From the NCBI GenBank assembly GCA_964016885.1, contig OZ024743.1:340628001-340692000 (forward strand): a stretch of DNA of 64,000 nt. The letters are read 5' to 3'. The stretch is from Eledone cirrhosa. Lineage: Eukaryota. Shown here in pieces: positions 32,882 through 47,815 of this stretch; positions within the stretch are counted from its first letter, which is position 1, and every line of letters starts with the position of its first letter. The translations under genes were made by a program, and so were the position numbers. Under the pieces are notes generated by a model that saw nothing but the letters and a program-made list of their open reading frames with translations, made no database searches and was not told the DNA's origin.

Positions 32882-34693
32882 TTAATTGTAAGTTGTGATG
32901 TTGCTGTTCCACTCATATTTTCTATTTAATTTTGGTTTTAATTCTTTTATGCTTACTGCCTCTGTAATTTGCCTAAACATTGCGTCTTTCTTGTGTGTGG
33001 ATTCTATTTTTATTTCTATGCTCTCTAATTTACCCCTGTGTTCTATCTTAGCATGTTGGTAGAGCACAGATGATTCTTTATTATCTTGGAGGTCTCGCCA
33101 GTGTTCATTTATTCGTTCCCCTATACTACGAGCTGTCTCACCTATGTACACTATATTTTTGTTTCTACATTGTCCTTCAGTACATCTTATGCTATATACT
33201 ACATTTCTAGTTTTACAGTTAATATGGGGGCTTATTTTACAGGTTATACATTTCTTATCTATACATGAGGGTCTTTGGAACGGGTATGTCTTGCTAATAA
33301 GTGTTTTTACGGAGGTACCAGGTCTTTCTACTATCTTAATATTGAGATTATGTTTCTTTAGGGCCCTTCTAAATTTGTAGGCTAGTTCGCCTCTAGGGGT
33401 TGTATTGATGAACATTACACTCTGGTATTTATTGCTATCATACCATGAGTTTATTCTATTGGCCTTGTTCTTAGTTCTTTCTATTCTATTCCAAAATTTG
33501 CTCCTATACAAGGGGCAGGTCCCATTTATGTCATTATTTACCATTTTTTCCCATTTGGTTCTGGCTCCTTTATACACTCTGATTCTATCTCTCTGATTGT
33601 AGCCAGAGAACTGCATACGGTGGATGAAGTGTTGTATGTGTCTCTCTAGTTCTTCGGGGTTGCACATGCGGGACACATTTCTCATCACCCGTACCAAATC
33701 CGCAATCAGTATGTTGATTTTGGTATGGTCCAAAATGGCCGAGTTTCGGTGGATCAGATGTTTGGAAGTCATGGGTTTGGCATAATGGGAATGGAGGATT
33801 TGTTTTTGGTTGTTAATTGTATCTAACCAGAGCTCTGTGTCTAGTACAGGTAATCGATGGTTGGGGTGTCTACTTGGGTAGTCTATAGTAACTCTAATGC
33901 TCTGGTGGATGGAGTTTGCTATTTGCTGGATGCTTTCCATTGTGTTTTTCTCTAGTTCCTGACTGTTCTTTAGTGGGGGTGTCTTAACTACGATGTTTAT
34001 ATCATCTACGTAGCGGGAGTACATTATCAGGGTTAAGCTGTCTTCTAATTGTTCATTAAGTTTTTGTTTAAGTCTACTGTCCCACCATACCATGAATAAG
34101 TTAGCTATGTCGCCTGAAATGCTAACACCAATGGCTGCTCCTTCCTCTTGGGCATATGTTTTACCATTAAATTTGAACATATGTTCCTTAAGGGTTAATT
34201 TTATGCTGGCCCCTACCGCATGTGCAATCATTTTCTTCAGTTCATCGTGGTTTTCGGGTGTCCGTATGGCTCTGGTCCACCCGTTCCATCTATCTGTGTG
34301 GGTTTTCTTGGCCATTGAGCTAATGGTAGGTGGTCTGCCTCTTGCTGGTCTTGTAGGGCACAGGTTGCTAAGATCATAAGTGTCTAGGTAACTATTACTA
34401 TGGGTAAGCTTAAGTAGAAGTCCCAGCTCACTGGTATCAATCCCACGGAACTCAACCTTGCTCTCGCTGATCATTTCGACGCATTTCTCCACAGCAAAAT
34501 CCACGTCAATAGATGGATACAGGGACACAACATCCATACTGCCTATTATGCAGTTTGTTAGGTCCCCAGATCGGTTACCCGCGCCGATTCTGCTGAGGAG
34601 GTCCTCCGTGCTGTCACACACATCTGGGGACATCTCAATGATGGGGCGTATGATCAACGATAACACACACACACACGGAGACAACAACAACAC
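32882..34693 (-). CDS. PLE reverse transcriptase plus GIY-YIG endonuclease; 5'-truncated inverted copy with homology from 34656
   Basis: GSMDVVSLYPSI, QEEGAAIG..IANLFM, RYVDDI, LPVLD, HYAKP, CIDKKCITC, NVVYSIRC..YIGETARSIGERINEH. Confidence 0.92.
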   Translation of the reverse strand: MLLLSPCVCVLSLIIRPIIEMSPDVCDSTEDLLSRIGAGNRSGDLTNCIIGSMDVVSLYPSIDVDFAVEKCVEMISESKVEFRGIDTSELGLLLKLTHSNSYLDTYDLSNLCPTRPARGRPPTISSMAKKTHTDRWNGWTRAIRTPENHDELKKMIAHAVGASIKLTLKEHMFKFNGKTYAQEEGAAIGVSISGDIANLFMVWWDSRLKQKLNEQLEDSLTLIMYSRYVDDINIVVKTPPLKNSQELEKNTMESIQQIANSIHQSIRVTIDYPSRHPNHRLPVLDTELWLDTINNQKQILHSHYAKPMTSKHLIHRNSAILDHTKINILIADLVRVMRNVSRMCNPEELERHIQHFIHRMQFSGYNQRDRIRVYKGARTKWEKMVNNDINGTCPLYRSKFWNRIERTKNKANRINSWYDSNKYQSVMFINTTPRGELAYKFRRALKKHNLNIKIVERPGTSVKTLISKTYPFQRPSCIDKKCITCKISPHINCKTRNVVYSIRCTEGQCRNKNIVYIGETARSIGERINEHWRDLQDNKESSVLYQHAKIEHRGKLESIEIKIESTHKKDAMFRQITEAVSIKELKPKLNRKYEWNSNITTYN

Positions 34694-35651
34694 ACATCAA
34701 CAACAACACACATCAACAACAACAACTCACACGCATTCAATGCCTCTCACCACCACCACAATCTTAACAAACACACAGACACAGAAAACAAGTAATGACA
34801 GTAGCACAGAAATCAGAGAAATAAGAGAAAGTAATAGGATTAAAAGGAAAAGGAGATGGGAGACTAAGGAAAAAGAGAATAACCAAGACGAACACACAGA
34901 CACACAAAATAGGGTAGATAACAACATTGAGCCAGTGGAAAGAGACAGGAGTAATTATGAGAGACATAGAAACAACCATGAAGCTGAGGCTGCTGCTGTT
35001 GGTGGAAATAGAAACAACACAACTAACAATAACAATAGCACTAGTACACATAAAGCAGCAGCCTGGAACTCTCCGTTTTATAACCCCTCCGATAAATCAT
35101 TCAACCTGCGACGAGTCCACGCCACGACTTTGCCATTTAACAAACGCACGCAGTTGCCGTCGCAGGTCGATGAACAAACAGAAGCACAATTTAGTATAGC
35201 TAAATCCGAACTTAGAAATATTATAGAACAGTATAGCAAGAAGCATAATAGAATAGAGGCCCAGCAACTGGGAGAAGAATCTGCAAATGGCTTGCGTAAG
35301 CTCATGCAGCGCTCGCGTAATGGAGAGATAGCATGCTTTCCAACAGACAAGTCTGGCAGAATGTCGGTTGACAGCCTGCCAAACTACATCCAGGCAATGC
35401 AACCCCACATCACTAACACAAGAGAGGTAACACCACAGGAGCATGAGGATAGAGAAAAAACCCTCAATGCCCATATGGTGATGTGGACAAATATAATGCA
35501 GCCCAACAAAAGGACTGCCAACAACTTCCAGGCCTGGAACAATGACGTGCCGGCGTTGTATGGGCTTCGAAAAGACCATAAAATGGGCTGGGACCCTGTC
35601 GCGGGACCACCAACACGGCCAGTCTGTGGGGCTAACATTGCTAGTAACTAG
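34657..35651 (+). pseudogene. Upstream part of the PLE ORF, separated from the RT by a TAG (35649) and a 1-bp deletion (about 35697)
   Basis: PTDKSGR, PALYGLRKDHK and PPTRPVCGAN are PLE RT N-terminal motifs. The left arm has GAGATGTCC where this copy has GAGATTCC. Confidence 0.85.
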
Positions 35652-35707
35652 AGACTGTCCTACTTCCTCTCCCTGATCATACGCCCCATCATTGAGATTC
35701 CCCAGAT

Positions 35708-37447
35708 GTGTGTGACAGCACGGAGGACCTCCTCAGCAGAATCGGCGCGGGTAACCGATCTGGGGACCTAACAAACTGCATAATAGGCAGTATGGATGTT
35801 GTGTCCCTGTATCCATCTATTGACGTGGATTTTGCTGTGGAGAAATGCGTCGAAATGATCAGCGAGAGCAAGGTTGAGTTCCGTGGGATTGATACCAGTG
35901 AGCTGGGACTTCTACTTAAGCTTACCCATAGTAATAGTTACCTAGACACTTATGATCTTAGCAACCTGTGCCCTACAAGACCAGCAAGAGGCAGACCACC
36001 TACCATTACCTCAATGGCCAAGAAAACCCACACAGATAGATGGAACGGGTGGACCAGAGCCATACGGACACCCGAAAACCACGATGAACTGAAGAAAATG
36101 ATTGCACATGCGGTAGGGGCCAGCATAAAATTAACCCTTAAGGAACATATGTTCAAATTTAATGGTAAAACATATGCCCAAGAGGAAGGAGCAGCCATTG
36201 GTGTTAGCATTTCAGGCGACATAGCTAACTTATTCATGGTATGGTGGGACAGTAGACTTAAACAAAAACTTAATGAACAATTAGAAGACAGCTTAACCCT
36301 GATAATGTACTCCCGCTACGTAGATGATATAAACATCGTAGTTAAGACACCCCCACTAAAGAACAGTCAGGAACTAGAGAAAAACACAATGGAAAGCATC
36401 CAGCAAATAGCAAACTCCATCCACCAGAGCATTAGAGTTACTATAGACTACCCAAGTAGACACCCCAACCATCGATTACCTGTACTAGACACAGAGCTCT
36501 GGTTAGATACAATTAACAACCAAAAACAAATCCTCCATTCCCATTATGCCAAACCCATGACTTCCAAACATCTGATCCACCGAAACTCGGCCATTTTGGA
36601 CCATACCAAAATCAACATACTGATTGCGGATTTGGTACGGGTGATGAGAAATGTGTCCCGCATGTGCAACCCCGAAGAACTAGAGAGACACATACAACAC
36701 TTCATCCACCGTATGCAGTTCTCTGGCTACAATCAGAGAGATAGAATCAGAGTGTATAAAGGAGCCAGAACCAAATGGGAAAAAATGGTAAATAATGACA
36801 TAAATGGGACCTGCCCCTTGTATAGGAGCAAATTTTGGAATAGAATAGAAAGAACTAAGAACAAGGCCAATAGAATAAACTCATGGTATGATAGCAATAA
36901 ATACCAGAGTGTAATGTTCATCAATACAACCCCTAGAGGCGAACTAGCCTACAAATTTAGAAGGGCCCTAAAGAAACATAATCTCAATATTAAGATAGTA
37001 GAAAGACCTGGTACCTCCGTAAAAACACTTATTAGCAAGACATACCCGTTCCAAAGACCCTCATGTATAGATAAGAAATGTATAACCTGTAAAATAAGCC
37101 CCCATATTAACTGTAAAACTAGAAATGTAGTATATAGCATAAGATGTACTGAAGGACAATGTAGAAACAAAAATATAGTGTACATAGGTGAGACAGCTCG
37201 TAGTATAGGGGAACGAATAAATGAACACTGGCGAGACCTCCAAGATAATAAAGAATCATCTGTGCTCTACCAACATGCTAAGATAGAACACAGGGGTAAA
37301 TTAGAGAGCATAGAAATAAAAATAGAATCCACACACAAGAAAGACGCAATGTTTAGGCAAATTACAGAGGCAGTAAGCATAAAAGAATTAAAACCAAAAT
37401 TAAATAGAAAATATGAGTGGAACAGCAACATCACAACTTACAATTAA
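35708..37447 (+). CDS. PLE reverse transcriptase plus GIY-YIG endonuclease
   Basis: Same motifs as the minus copy; one amino-acid difference seen (PPTITS vs PPTISS). Confidence 0.92.
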   Translation: MCDSTEDLLSRIGAGNRSGDLTNCIIGSMDVVSLYPSIDVDFAVEKCVEMISESKVEFRGIDTSELGLLLKLTHSNSYLDTYDLSNLCPTRPARGRPPTITSMAKKTHTDRWNGWTRAIRTPENHDELKKMIAHAVGASIKLTLKEHMFKFNGKTYAQEEGAAIGVSISGDIANLFMVWWDSRLKQKLNEQLEDSLTLIMYSRYVDDINIVVKTPPLKNSQELEKNTMESIQQIANSIHQSIRVTIDYPSRHPNHRLPVLDTELWLDTINNQKQILHSHYAKPMTSKHLIHRNSAILDHTKINILIADLVRVMRNVSRMCNPEELERHIQHFIHRMQFSGYNQRDRIRVYKGARTKWEKMVNNDINGTCPLYRSKFWNRIERTKNKANRINSWYDSNKYQSVMFINTTPRGELAYKFRRALKKHNLNIKIVERPGTSVKTLISKTYPFQRPSCIDKKCITCKISPHINCKTRNVVYSIRCTEGQCRNKNIVYIGETARSIGERINEHWRDLQDNKESSVLYQHAKIEHRGKLESIEIKIESTHKKDAMFRQITEAVSIKELKPKLNRKYEWNSNITTYN

Positions 37448-37758
37448 GGACAAAATGAAAACACACACACACATAGAACAAACAACTTACAATTGAAAAC
37501 ACACACAAAATAAAAATGAAAACACACACAAGACAAAATGAAAACACACACACACATAGAACAAACAACCAACCAACAATAAATAAATAAATAAACAAAC
37601 AAATAGAAAAATATAAATAGAAAAATAGAAAAATGAACACAAACACACACAGACACCCGGATGTGGCGCATGCGCAAACTGAGCACGCAACCCACACACA
37701 AACAAAATGGCGTAGGATAGAAGAAAGGAAAGGCACAGAAACGAAGAAAGAAATCCCC

Positions 37759-37803
37759 AGTCACTGAAGAGGTCACAGAGTGTGTGACGAAAGAACTATG
37801 ACT
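37759..37803 (+). ncRNA. Minimal hammerhead ribozyme in the PLE terminal repeat; copies at 32526-32570(-), 54628-54672(-) and 26720-26764(-)
   Basis: agtca-CTGAAGA-g gtcaca gagtg tgtgac-GAAA-gaac-TA-tgact. Confidence 0.85.
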
Positions 37804-38037
37804 ATATATATATAAACAACTATCTGGTTGTGGAACCAACCAACCAACCAGAAATTTATAAATTTGTAAATTTATAAATATATAATAAATTAAATTGAAG
37901 TGAAAGCAACTGGTGCGTGTGTTTCTTATTGGCAACATGACCCTCCCAAAGTATAACAACATATATATATAGATATATATATGTATATATATATATAGTA
38001 ATAATAATAAATTTGAAGACTAAAATCCAAAGAGGGC

Positions 38038-39682
<1,645 letters not shown>

Positions 39683-40142
39683 GCGTCGGTGGTTCGGCCT
39701 GCTTTGAATATGCGTTCATAGGGATCCTCTCAACTAATCATAGAAAGCACACCCACACACAAAAACTGGAACTGTTCCAGAATGTTAAGGTAGGAAATGA
39801 GGGAAAATTGACTGCTATTTCTAGCAGGTCAAGTTAGTAAGTAGATGCGCTTTCATTAACTTATATACGTAATGCTTACAGAAGCTGTCTCTCCCACATA
39901 CATACAGACAGACAGACACACAGAGACAGACACATACGCATAAATACACACACACACACATATATATACTTATATGTACAGTAACTATGATAGCATAATC
40001 CAATATGTTTTTCAATGTTTAAGACCGTAGTGTCTGATTTGAAGCGGGTATAGCTACCTTTATTGCAGTCAGGGCATTCGAACATTGCTCACACATTAGC
40101 ACTTCTTTCTAGTATACACACCCACAGGTGCACACACAAACG

Positions 40143-40227
<85 letters not shown>

Positions 40228-40436
40228 TGTTATATTTATATTTAGGTATAGTCATGTTGACAATATTGCCAATAGAAAGAAACACACGCACCATTTAATT
40301 TTCACTATATCTTTATATATATGTATGTATTGAATTAAGACCCAATATGAGTTATAGAGTAAAAATAATTGTTTCTACTTTAAGCACAAGGCCAGCAATT
40401 AGCCAGTGCATTACTGGTACTTTATTTTATAGAGTA

Positions 40437-41313
40437 CTAGCAGTAAAGCCCGGCGTTGCTCGGGGTCGCTCAGTAGCTGTGTTAAAGTTACAATGTTAAG
40501 TTTCTTTCTTGGCTTAAAAACTGTAGTGTCTACTGTGCAGACTTGCATGTGGTGTTTTTGATTAATATTCCCTCAACCAACAATATGCCTTATGAAGTTA
40601 AGAAAACATAACGATAACCCGAATGTTATAACAAAAGAGGATGCTGGGGATAGAAACTGCACTGGTTATTTATTAACAAAGATCGAAAATGTAAACACTG
40701 CAACGCAGAGAAAAACATTAGCGTAACCAAATTATCAGTTATGTCTGTCTGCACGCCTATATCACCTCTCTGCACGACTGTCTGTCTGCACGACTGTCTG
40801 TCTGCACGCCTATATCACCTCTCTGCACGACTATCTGTCTGCACGCGTATATCACCTCTCTGCACGACTGTCTGTCTGCACGCCTAACGACGAAATATTT
40901 GCTTGTTTTACGTAGTCTTTAAATAGACTTGTTTTCAAGTAAAAATATTGTTTTAAAATGCTTTTAAATGGAAATGAAGCAAAACGGAAGCTTAGTGTTC
41001 GAACTGATGAATTTTGCAGGTCAATATTTTGCTGGCTCGACAACTGTTAAAGCCAGCGTAATTTTTTACGTAAGACGCTCAATGTAAACAGAACAAAGGG
41101 AAATAACTGATAACTTACGCTCAAAAATCGATACATTATATTCGATTTCGTCACATAGGGTGGGTCAATTTGAAATATTTTTTTTCCGATGTCTTCGCTA
41201 GGGCTCAATGTAGAAGTATAGCAATTTCGGTGCAATTCCGTGAGAGATTCTAAGAGGAGATGTGTGCCAAAAATCGATAGACAGACAGACAACCACAGTT
41301 TTATATATATAGA
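40437..41313 (-). mobile_element. Non-autonomous Helitron
   Basis: Minus strand: A|TCTATATATATAAAA ... CCCGAGCAACGCCGGG hairpin (40449-40464), 8 nt, CTAG|T. Internal CTGTCTGCACG minisatellite at 40744-40885. Confidence 0.85.
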
Positions 41314-41968
41314 TAGAGTAAAAATAATGTCCAATATCATTGCTGATTGTTTTCAAAGTTTTGCCAAAAATTTGTATTGAGAAGACAGAATCGGCGAATC
41401 TTCGAAGTAAATATTACCCATTAATAATTGTTTCTACTTTTGGCACAAGGCCAGCAATTATTCCAGTGTATTACTGGTACTTTATTTTATTGATCTCGTA
41501 AGGATGAAAGACAAAGTAAACCTAGGCGGGATTTGAACTCAGACCCTAAAGGGGCGTAACTTTATGCTGCAAATAATACAAGCAAACACGTACGCACACA
41601 CAAACGCACATATATACATATATATACTTTATTAAGGCCTAGCTTAAACATAGTTACACAGGGTTATCAGATAAAGTACTCATTCTTGCAACCATCATTA
41701 CTAAGCGTACGCCCCCCCCCCCCACATATATATATATATATATATTGAAAGATTTCTGCACAGTTTCCGTCCGTCATATACTTCACACAAGGCATTCGTC
41801 AAGCCGTGGCTTTAGGAGAAAAGAATTTCCAAAGTGCCGCGCATAAGGAACGAACATAAAATCACGTGGTTGTGAAGATAGAACTTCTTAAGTAATTCCC
41901 AATAAATCCGGCACACACATACCAGTTCACACGCGCAAAGCACAGATATAAATACAGACACAGACACG

Positions 41969-42096
<128 letters not shown>

Positions 42097-42748
42097 GCGG
42101 AAAAAATGAAACGAAATTTTATTTCCCACTCTTAGTACGGCTGTTACTTAAATATACGTACATATATATATATGTGTGTGCATGTATGTATATATATATA
42201 CATACTACTGTACGTCTGTATACATATATGTATGTACGTGTACATACTTATATATATATATATATATGTATGTATATATATAGAGAGAGAGAGAGAGAGT
42301 GTGAGAGAGAGAAAGAGAGATGCATCGTGTAAGCTTGCAAGAGTATGTGTTTGTGTGTTTGATTCGCATTCTTTGCTTGAAAATTGCCACTTCTAGAAAT
42401 ATGATAAACAATAACACCGCTATATTATGACTTTTAGTAAAAGTAGTAGGTGTTTTAAGTCCTTAAAAATCACCACATGTTAACTAACGGCAAATTGCAT
42501 ATGAGAAGATAAAAACGAAATACACATTACAGAAATCATTACATACTTCTTATAATCAGGCGGAGCGAACAGACAACACAACACAGCACAGTACTGGAGG
42601 AGTAGCATTCTGTTACGCGGAGGATCTATAAACAGACACATGCTTTGATTATATTCTCTATTCTTGAATTCTGATGATACAGCATTGACCAAATATTCAT
42701 ACATACATATACGCACACACACACGTACATACATACACATACATATAT

Positions 42749-42785
<37 letters not shown>

Positions 42786-42823
42786 CATACATATATATAA
42801 ATACATATATATACATACATACA

Positions 42824-42873
<50 letters not shown>

Positions 42874-43121
42874 AATATTATATATAGAGAGAAAGAATAT
42901 GTGTGTATGGGGGTACATACATATATACAAATAAATATAAATATATGTATACACAAATAAATATATAAATATATAAAAATAAATATTACATATATTATTC
43001 ATATACACATGATATCATAAATATATATGTATGTATATATATATACACACATATACTTATATATATAAATATCTATCTATATATATATACTTTATATAGA
43101 TATTCACACACTCTCTCTCTA

Positions 43122-43181
<60 letters not shown>

Positions 43182-43314
43182 TATCAAAACCACACGCACA
43201 CAGCTACACATACATAGCGCTTAAAGAGTGATTTTCGATGTACTTTTTGAAACAGAGGGTTGTATAAACATACACATGCTTTATTTTCTGATCACACAAT
43301 AAAGCAACTGGTGC

Positions 43315-43358
<44 letters not shown>

Positions 43359-43431
43359 GGAGAGAGAATCTCTCATATATATATAAATAATATATATATA
43401 TATAGAGAGAGAGAGGGAGAGAGAATCTCTC

Positions 43432-43529
<98 letters not shown>

Positions 43530-44180
43530 GTATATATATATATATAAGTAAGATACCTGTATATATGCTCCTAAAATACTTTTCAGTGTTTTCTATAAGG
43601 AACAGAATTACATTCGGATATTTCGATGCGAGAAATCGGTAAGTCATTTTAGCATTGTATTATATCACTTATTTAAATCTTATATAAATCTTTTAACTTC
43701 ATTGTCATCTCTTTCTTTATGTTTACCTATAATATATTATTATTATTGTTATTATCATTATTGTTGTTGTTATTATTATTGTTATTATTATTATTATTAT
43801 TATTGTTGTTGTTGTTGTTGTTGTTATTTTTGTTTAACATAATTATACAAATGTAAAAGAATAGTATATGTTGTGGAGGTTCTTGTGTATTTCAACCCCA
43901 CTGTGCAGGTAAACTGTGATATAGCAGAGATGAATTACAATTAATGATAATTACCATCAAAGCTGTTCCAGCCATGACTATCCCGTGTTTTTATTTGATA
44001 ATTTGGTCTGAATTGTTAAACGTGTCTTTTCTTTAACTATGATGGTTAAGGTTTGATTTAAAGGGGTTTAATCGGTATTTCTAACAGGTCGAAACAATCA
44101 CGGGGAACCCTTTATGAAATCACCTCCGACCAATAAATTAATAAATAAATAAATCAGTAAAAGTAAATTATACACACACA

Positions 44181-44234
<54 letters not shown>

Positions 44235-44372
44235 TATACATATATACATATATATATACATACACATATATATATATTCCTTTTTTTTAAATACACCTAA
44301 CTGTACTAACGATTTCACATATTTATATACATATTTCCCAATAGTTATATATATATATATATATATTTCCCA

Positions 44373-44405
<33 letters not shown>

Positions 44406-46579
44406 CAAACACACACACATATGTATATAAGTAATCTTATCGAATACGTGCGTCGTTAGGCAATGTAAGAAAAGAAACCAGCTTTCTTGAATTACCAAAT
44501 AAGTTTCATTGTAGCTTTCTAACTGAACTAAATATTTTTAGTAATACACGTGCTTTTGAAAATGAAATTCATTTTATATATACAAGAAGCGTAAAGAATA
44601 TCTTGCTAGCAAGATATTTCATTAAAATTGAAAACTACATTTTAAGTTAGAATACTAAAACGAAACTTATTTGTTTCGGTAAATTTAAGAAAGTCAAGTT
44701 ATTTCTTTTTTTTTTCATTCCAAGTTATGCATGTATTCGGCAAGATTATCAACCCCCCACACACATTATCTAGGGTTACATTTTCCTATAAGTCCCGTCT
44801 AATTGTTTAAATTCAAGTTACTTTTAATTCATTAGCGTTCTAGACATGAGTTCCGGTCTTTTTTTTTGTATGTCTAAGGCAGAGATTCCCTAGTGTTTTA
44901 AGCCACCGACCTCTTTCAACCCCTTTAAACCAATCCCTGTTCAATAAATAAATAAATAAATAAACAGAAATCAAAATTAACAATAAAAACTAATTATATA
45001 TAAATCAGGAACTTGTACAAGCGAGTTGTATTTTGTTGTATTTATGAATTTTCATTTCCTATATAAATGCCAGGTTTTGGTTCAAAAGCTCTGGTGATCC
45101 CCCATATCTGGGCAATCCCTTCGAAATCTGGGGGTCGATATCGACAACTTTGGGGATCTCGCATCTAACGTATGATTTGGATAGTATTTCTAGCATGTCG
45201 AACGGCCACGTAAGATTCGCTCGTTGACTTGTATGCATCTCTATCGAGCAGACTTCACAACAGCACTTTCTACTTTTAGTGAAATAACATATAGTTTATA
45301 ATAACATGCAGGGACTGCCATTGAACCGGGGAACACGTGTTTGCGTAGTAAATCTGCTAACCAAACAATCAGACATGCCTGCGACCATAGTTTAGTATAC
45401 TTACCATTTTTTAAATCAACGAAATATTTATGTATAATTGCTATTTCAGTGACAGAAAATAGTGTCAATAGAAAGTGTCGCATTTTATTTAAATAAAGAG
45501 TTAAAGTAATATTTTAAGTTGCTTGTTAAGTAAATATATGTAACATACACACAATGAGAAATCAATTTATACAATGATGTTACATGCATACAGTACCGGC
45601 GCTAACATTAAGCCAACAGAGGTGCATTACTAAACTACGAATGATCACAGATTTATACATATTTGTATAATTAAATTAAACATATCATAATTTCCTGCGA
45701 TCAATATGTTAATTGTTAAATAACTTTGCCGCGTAGAAGTGTTGTGGAAATATCCAAAGCGATGGAAAGATCTGTAACATGATTTGACGTGGGTAAGTGT
45801 GGACCTTGTAGTAAATAAATGCAGGCTTAATAATTTTCTCAGTGTAAAAAATCTAGCTTCGTTAGCTTGCCAAATTGTTAGTTGACATTATTAAATCTCG
45901 CCAAGTTTAACTTTGCCTTTCATCCTTATGGGGTCGATAAAATAAAGTACCAGTCACACACTGGGGTCAATTTAATCGACTTTCCCCTCCCCCAAAATTA
46001 CTGGACTTGTGCCTATATATAAGAAACCATGATTATATTTGAATATTTGAGACGGTGGGGAGCATAAGCAGGTCAAGGGAGCGTACATTAGAGGACAACT
46101 TGGAGTAATAAACACTCAGGCGCCGGCTCTGCGTGTATATGAAAATTAGATAACGTTTTATTCAAAACCATAAATAAACAGAGAAAAATCAAAACATGTA
46201 AAGTTGTCTAAGTAATCGATATGGCACGTAACCTGGTTGTTAGTGTTTAGGGTATTAGGTTCACGATCATAAGGTCGTGTGTAAGACTCCTGGTTCTGGT
46301 GGCGTGTAGCCTTCTTGAGTAAAATACTTTAATTTATGTTACTCCTTATGCCAGATAGTATTAATAATGGAAAGACCAACGGGCACACTGTTTTCCTGGG
46401 TCGACCTGACTACCTGCTCTTTTTATAAAAGTAGTAAATCAGTGAACATTTCTTGCATTTTTACGTGAATTATATTTCTTCTGAATATTTATATTAACTA
46501 TGACTTTCTTTGCTGTTTATTTTTCCTGGATTCGTTAATTCAATACCTTTTTAGATATGCATTTATAGATATACATATA

Positions 46580-46900
46580 CAGTTGTCCGCGGGGCTTACG
46601 TTCCTAGAGCACCCGCGAAGAGTGAACAACCGCGAATATTGGACGTGGTCAGTTAAAATGACTATGAATGTCAAAACATAACGTAAAATATAGGCCGGCA
46701 AATACGGTATATTGTTATTAATAATTTAACGTTAAAAAGCGTTGAAAAATATATATTGCCACAAAAAAAGCCATAAAAAATTTGCGGAGGATATTTATAC
46801 GATTTCACGAATATGCAGTGGTTCCCACGAATAATTATTAGTTGGGTTCTAAGAAAAACATCTGCGAAAACCAGGGACCTCGAATTCCGGGGGTACACTG
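46580..46900. mobile_element. Tigger/pogo-like MITE
   Basis: TA|CAGT... ...ACTG|TA with imperfect TIRs (CAGTTGTCCGCGG / CAGTGTACCCCCGG). Confidence 0.6.
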
Positions 46901-46989
46901 TATTCATATATTTAACTTTAATAAGTTTCAGCCACCTGGCGAAGTCTTTCACATTATGGGTTCACAATTTAGTCATATTTTGGACACCG

Positions 46990-47455
46990 TCACCCATTCT
47001 AGTAAAGAGTTGTTTTTATAGACAAATCCAGATGTAGGGGGTTTATCCAGGATTTCTTGGAGGAAATTGTTCAGGAAACGTTTGAATATTATAGGATCTG
47101 TTTCTGTCTTGATGTATTACGGTGTGATATTAAAGAGAGCAGGGCCAGCTGAGATGAAGTTGTTGCGTCGTATTGTTGCTATGAAATGTGAGTTTGATAT
47201 TTGTAGTGAGCTGGTAACACAGGGCCCAAGCCTTGGGTGAATATCAAAGGAGATGCTAACATCATTTGTGTATTCTTAGTGGAATACTTTCCATAACATA
47301 CAGATAATGTGGCACCTCGGCGGCGTTGGAGAAAGTAGAGTTTGAAATTTTCTAGGTGACCCCAATAGTCAAGGTCTGTCATACCGTCTATCTTTTTTAT
47401 AATTAACCACTGAGGTGTTTTAATTTTCACGATATTTTGTTTTGTGTGAGGATAT
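46990..47455 (-). mobile_element. Degenerate 3' end of a CR1/L2-group LINE ORF2
   Basis: DYWGHLENFKLYFLQRRR / IICMLWKV / FISAGPALFNI / FKRFLNNFLQEILDKP. Confidence 0.65.
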
Positions 47456-47496
47456 CACCCCCCCCCCCATATATAAATTTGTGCGTGTGTGTGTGT

Positions 47497-47815
47497 GAAG
47501 GCGCATGGCTTAGTGGTTAGAGCATTGAGCTTGCAATCAGGAGGTTGTAAGTTAGATTCTCAAGGTTGTGTCCTTGAGCAAGAGACTTTATTTCGGGTTG
47601 CTCCAATTTACATAGCTATAGAAAAGAGTTGTGACGTCACTGGTGCCAAGCTGTAACGGCCATGCCTTTCCCTTGGACAACATCGGGGGCCGGAAGAAGG
47701 GAAGCTGGTATGCATAGGCGACTGCTGGTCTTTCACAAATAACCTTGCCCGGACTTGTGTCTCGGAGGTGAACTTTTTAGTTCATTTGTGACAGAAGGTT
47801 GTCTTTTTACCCTAT
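47497..47815 (+). mobile_element. tRNA-derived CORE-like SINE
   Basis: GGCGCATGGCTTAGTGGTTAGAGC..GTTAGATTC..TGTGTCCTTGAGCAAGAGACTT. Confidence 0.75.

Larger units (their letters stand above)
32310..37959. mobile_element. Penelope-like element, family 1, as an inverted pair (arms 32370-34656 and 35674-37959)
   Basis: Two divergent, near-identical RT+GIY-YIG ORFs with HHR-bearing terminal repeats; TA-flanked. Confidence 0.95.

Noticed and set aside
35649-35651. In-frame stop as possible selenocysteine or programmed recoding
   Set aside because: The codon is TAG, not TGA, and is followed by a 1-bp deletion absent from the other arm; simple mutation explains it.
33086-37243. Short ORFs antisense to or overlapping the PLE ORFs, and likewise within the RTE and family 2
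   Set aside because: They are shadow frames with no motifs, mirrored only because of the palindrome.
40744-40885. CRISPR-like short repeats
   Set aside because: This is a minisatellite inside a Helitron with no unique spacers, in a eukaryotic context.
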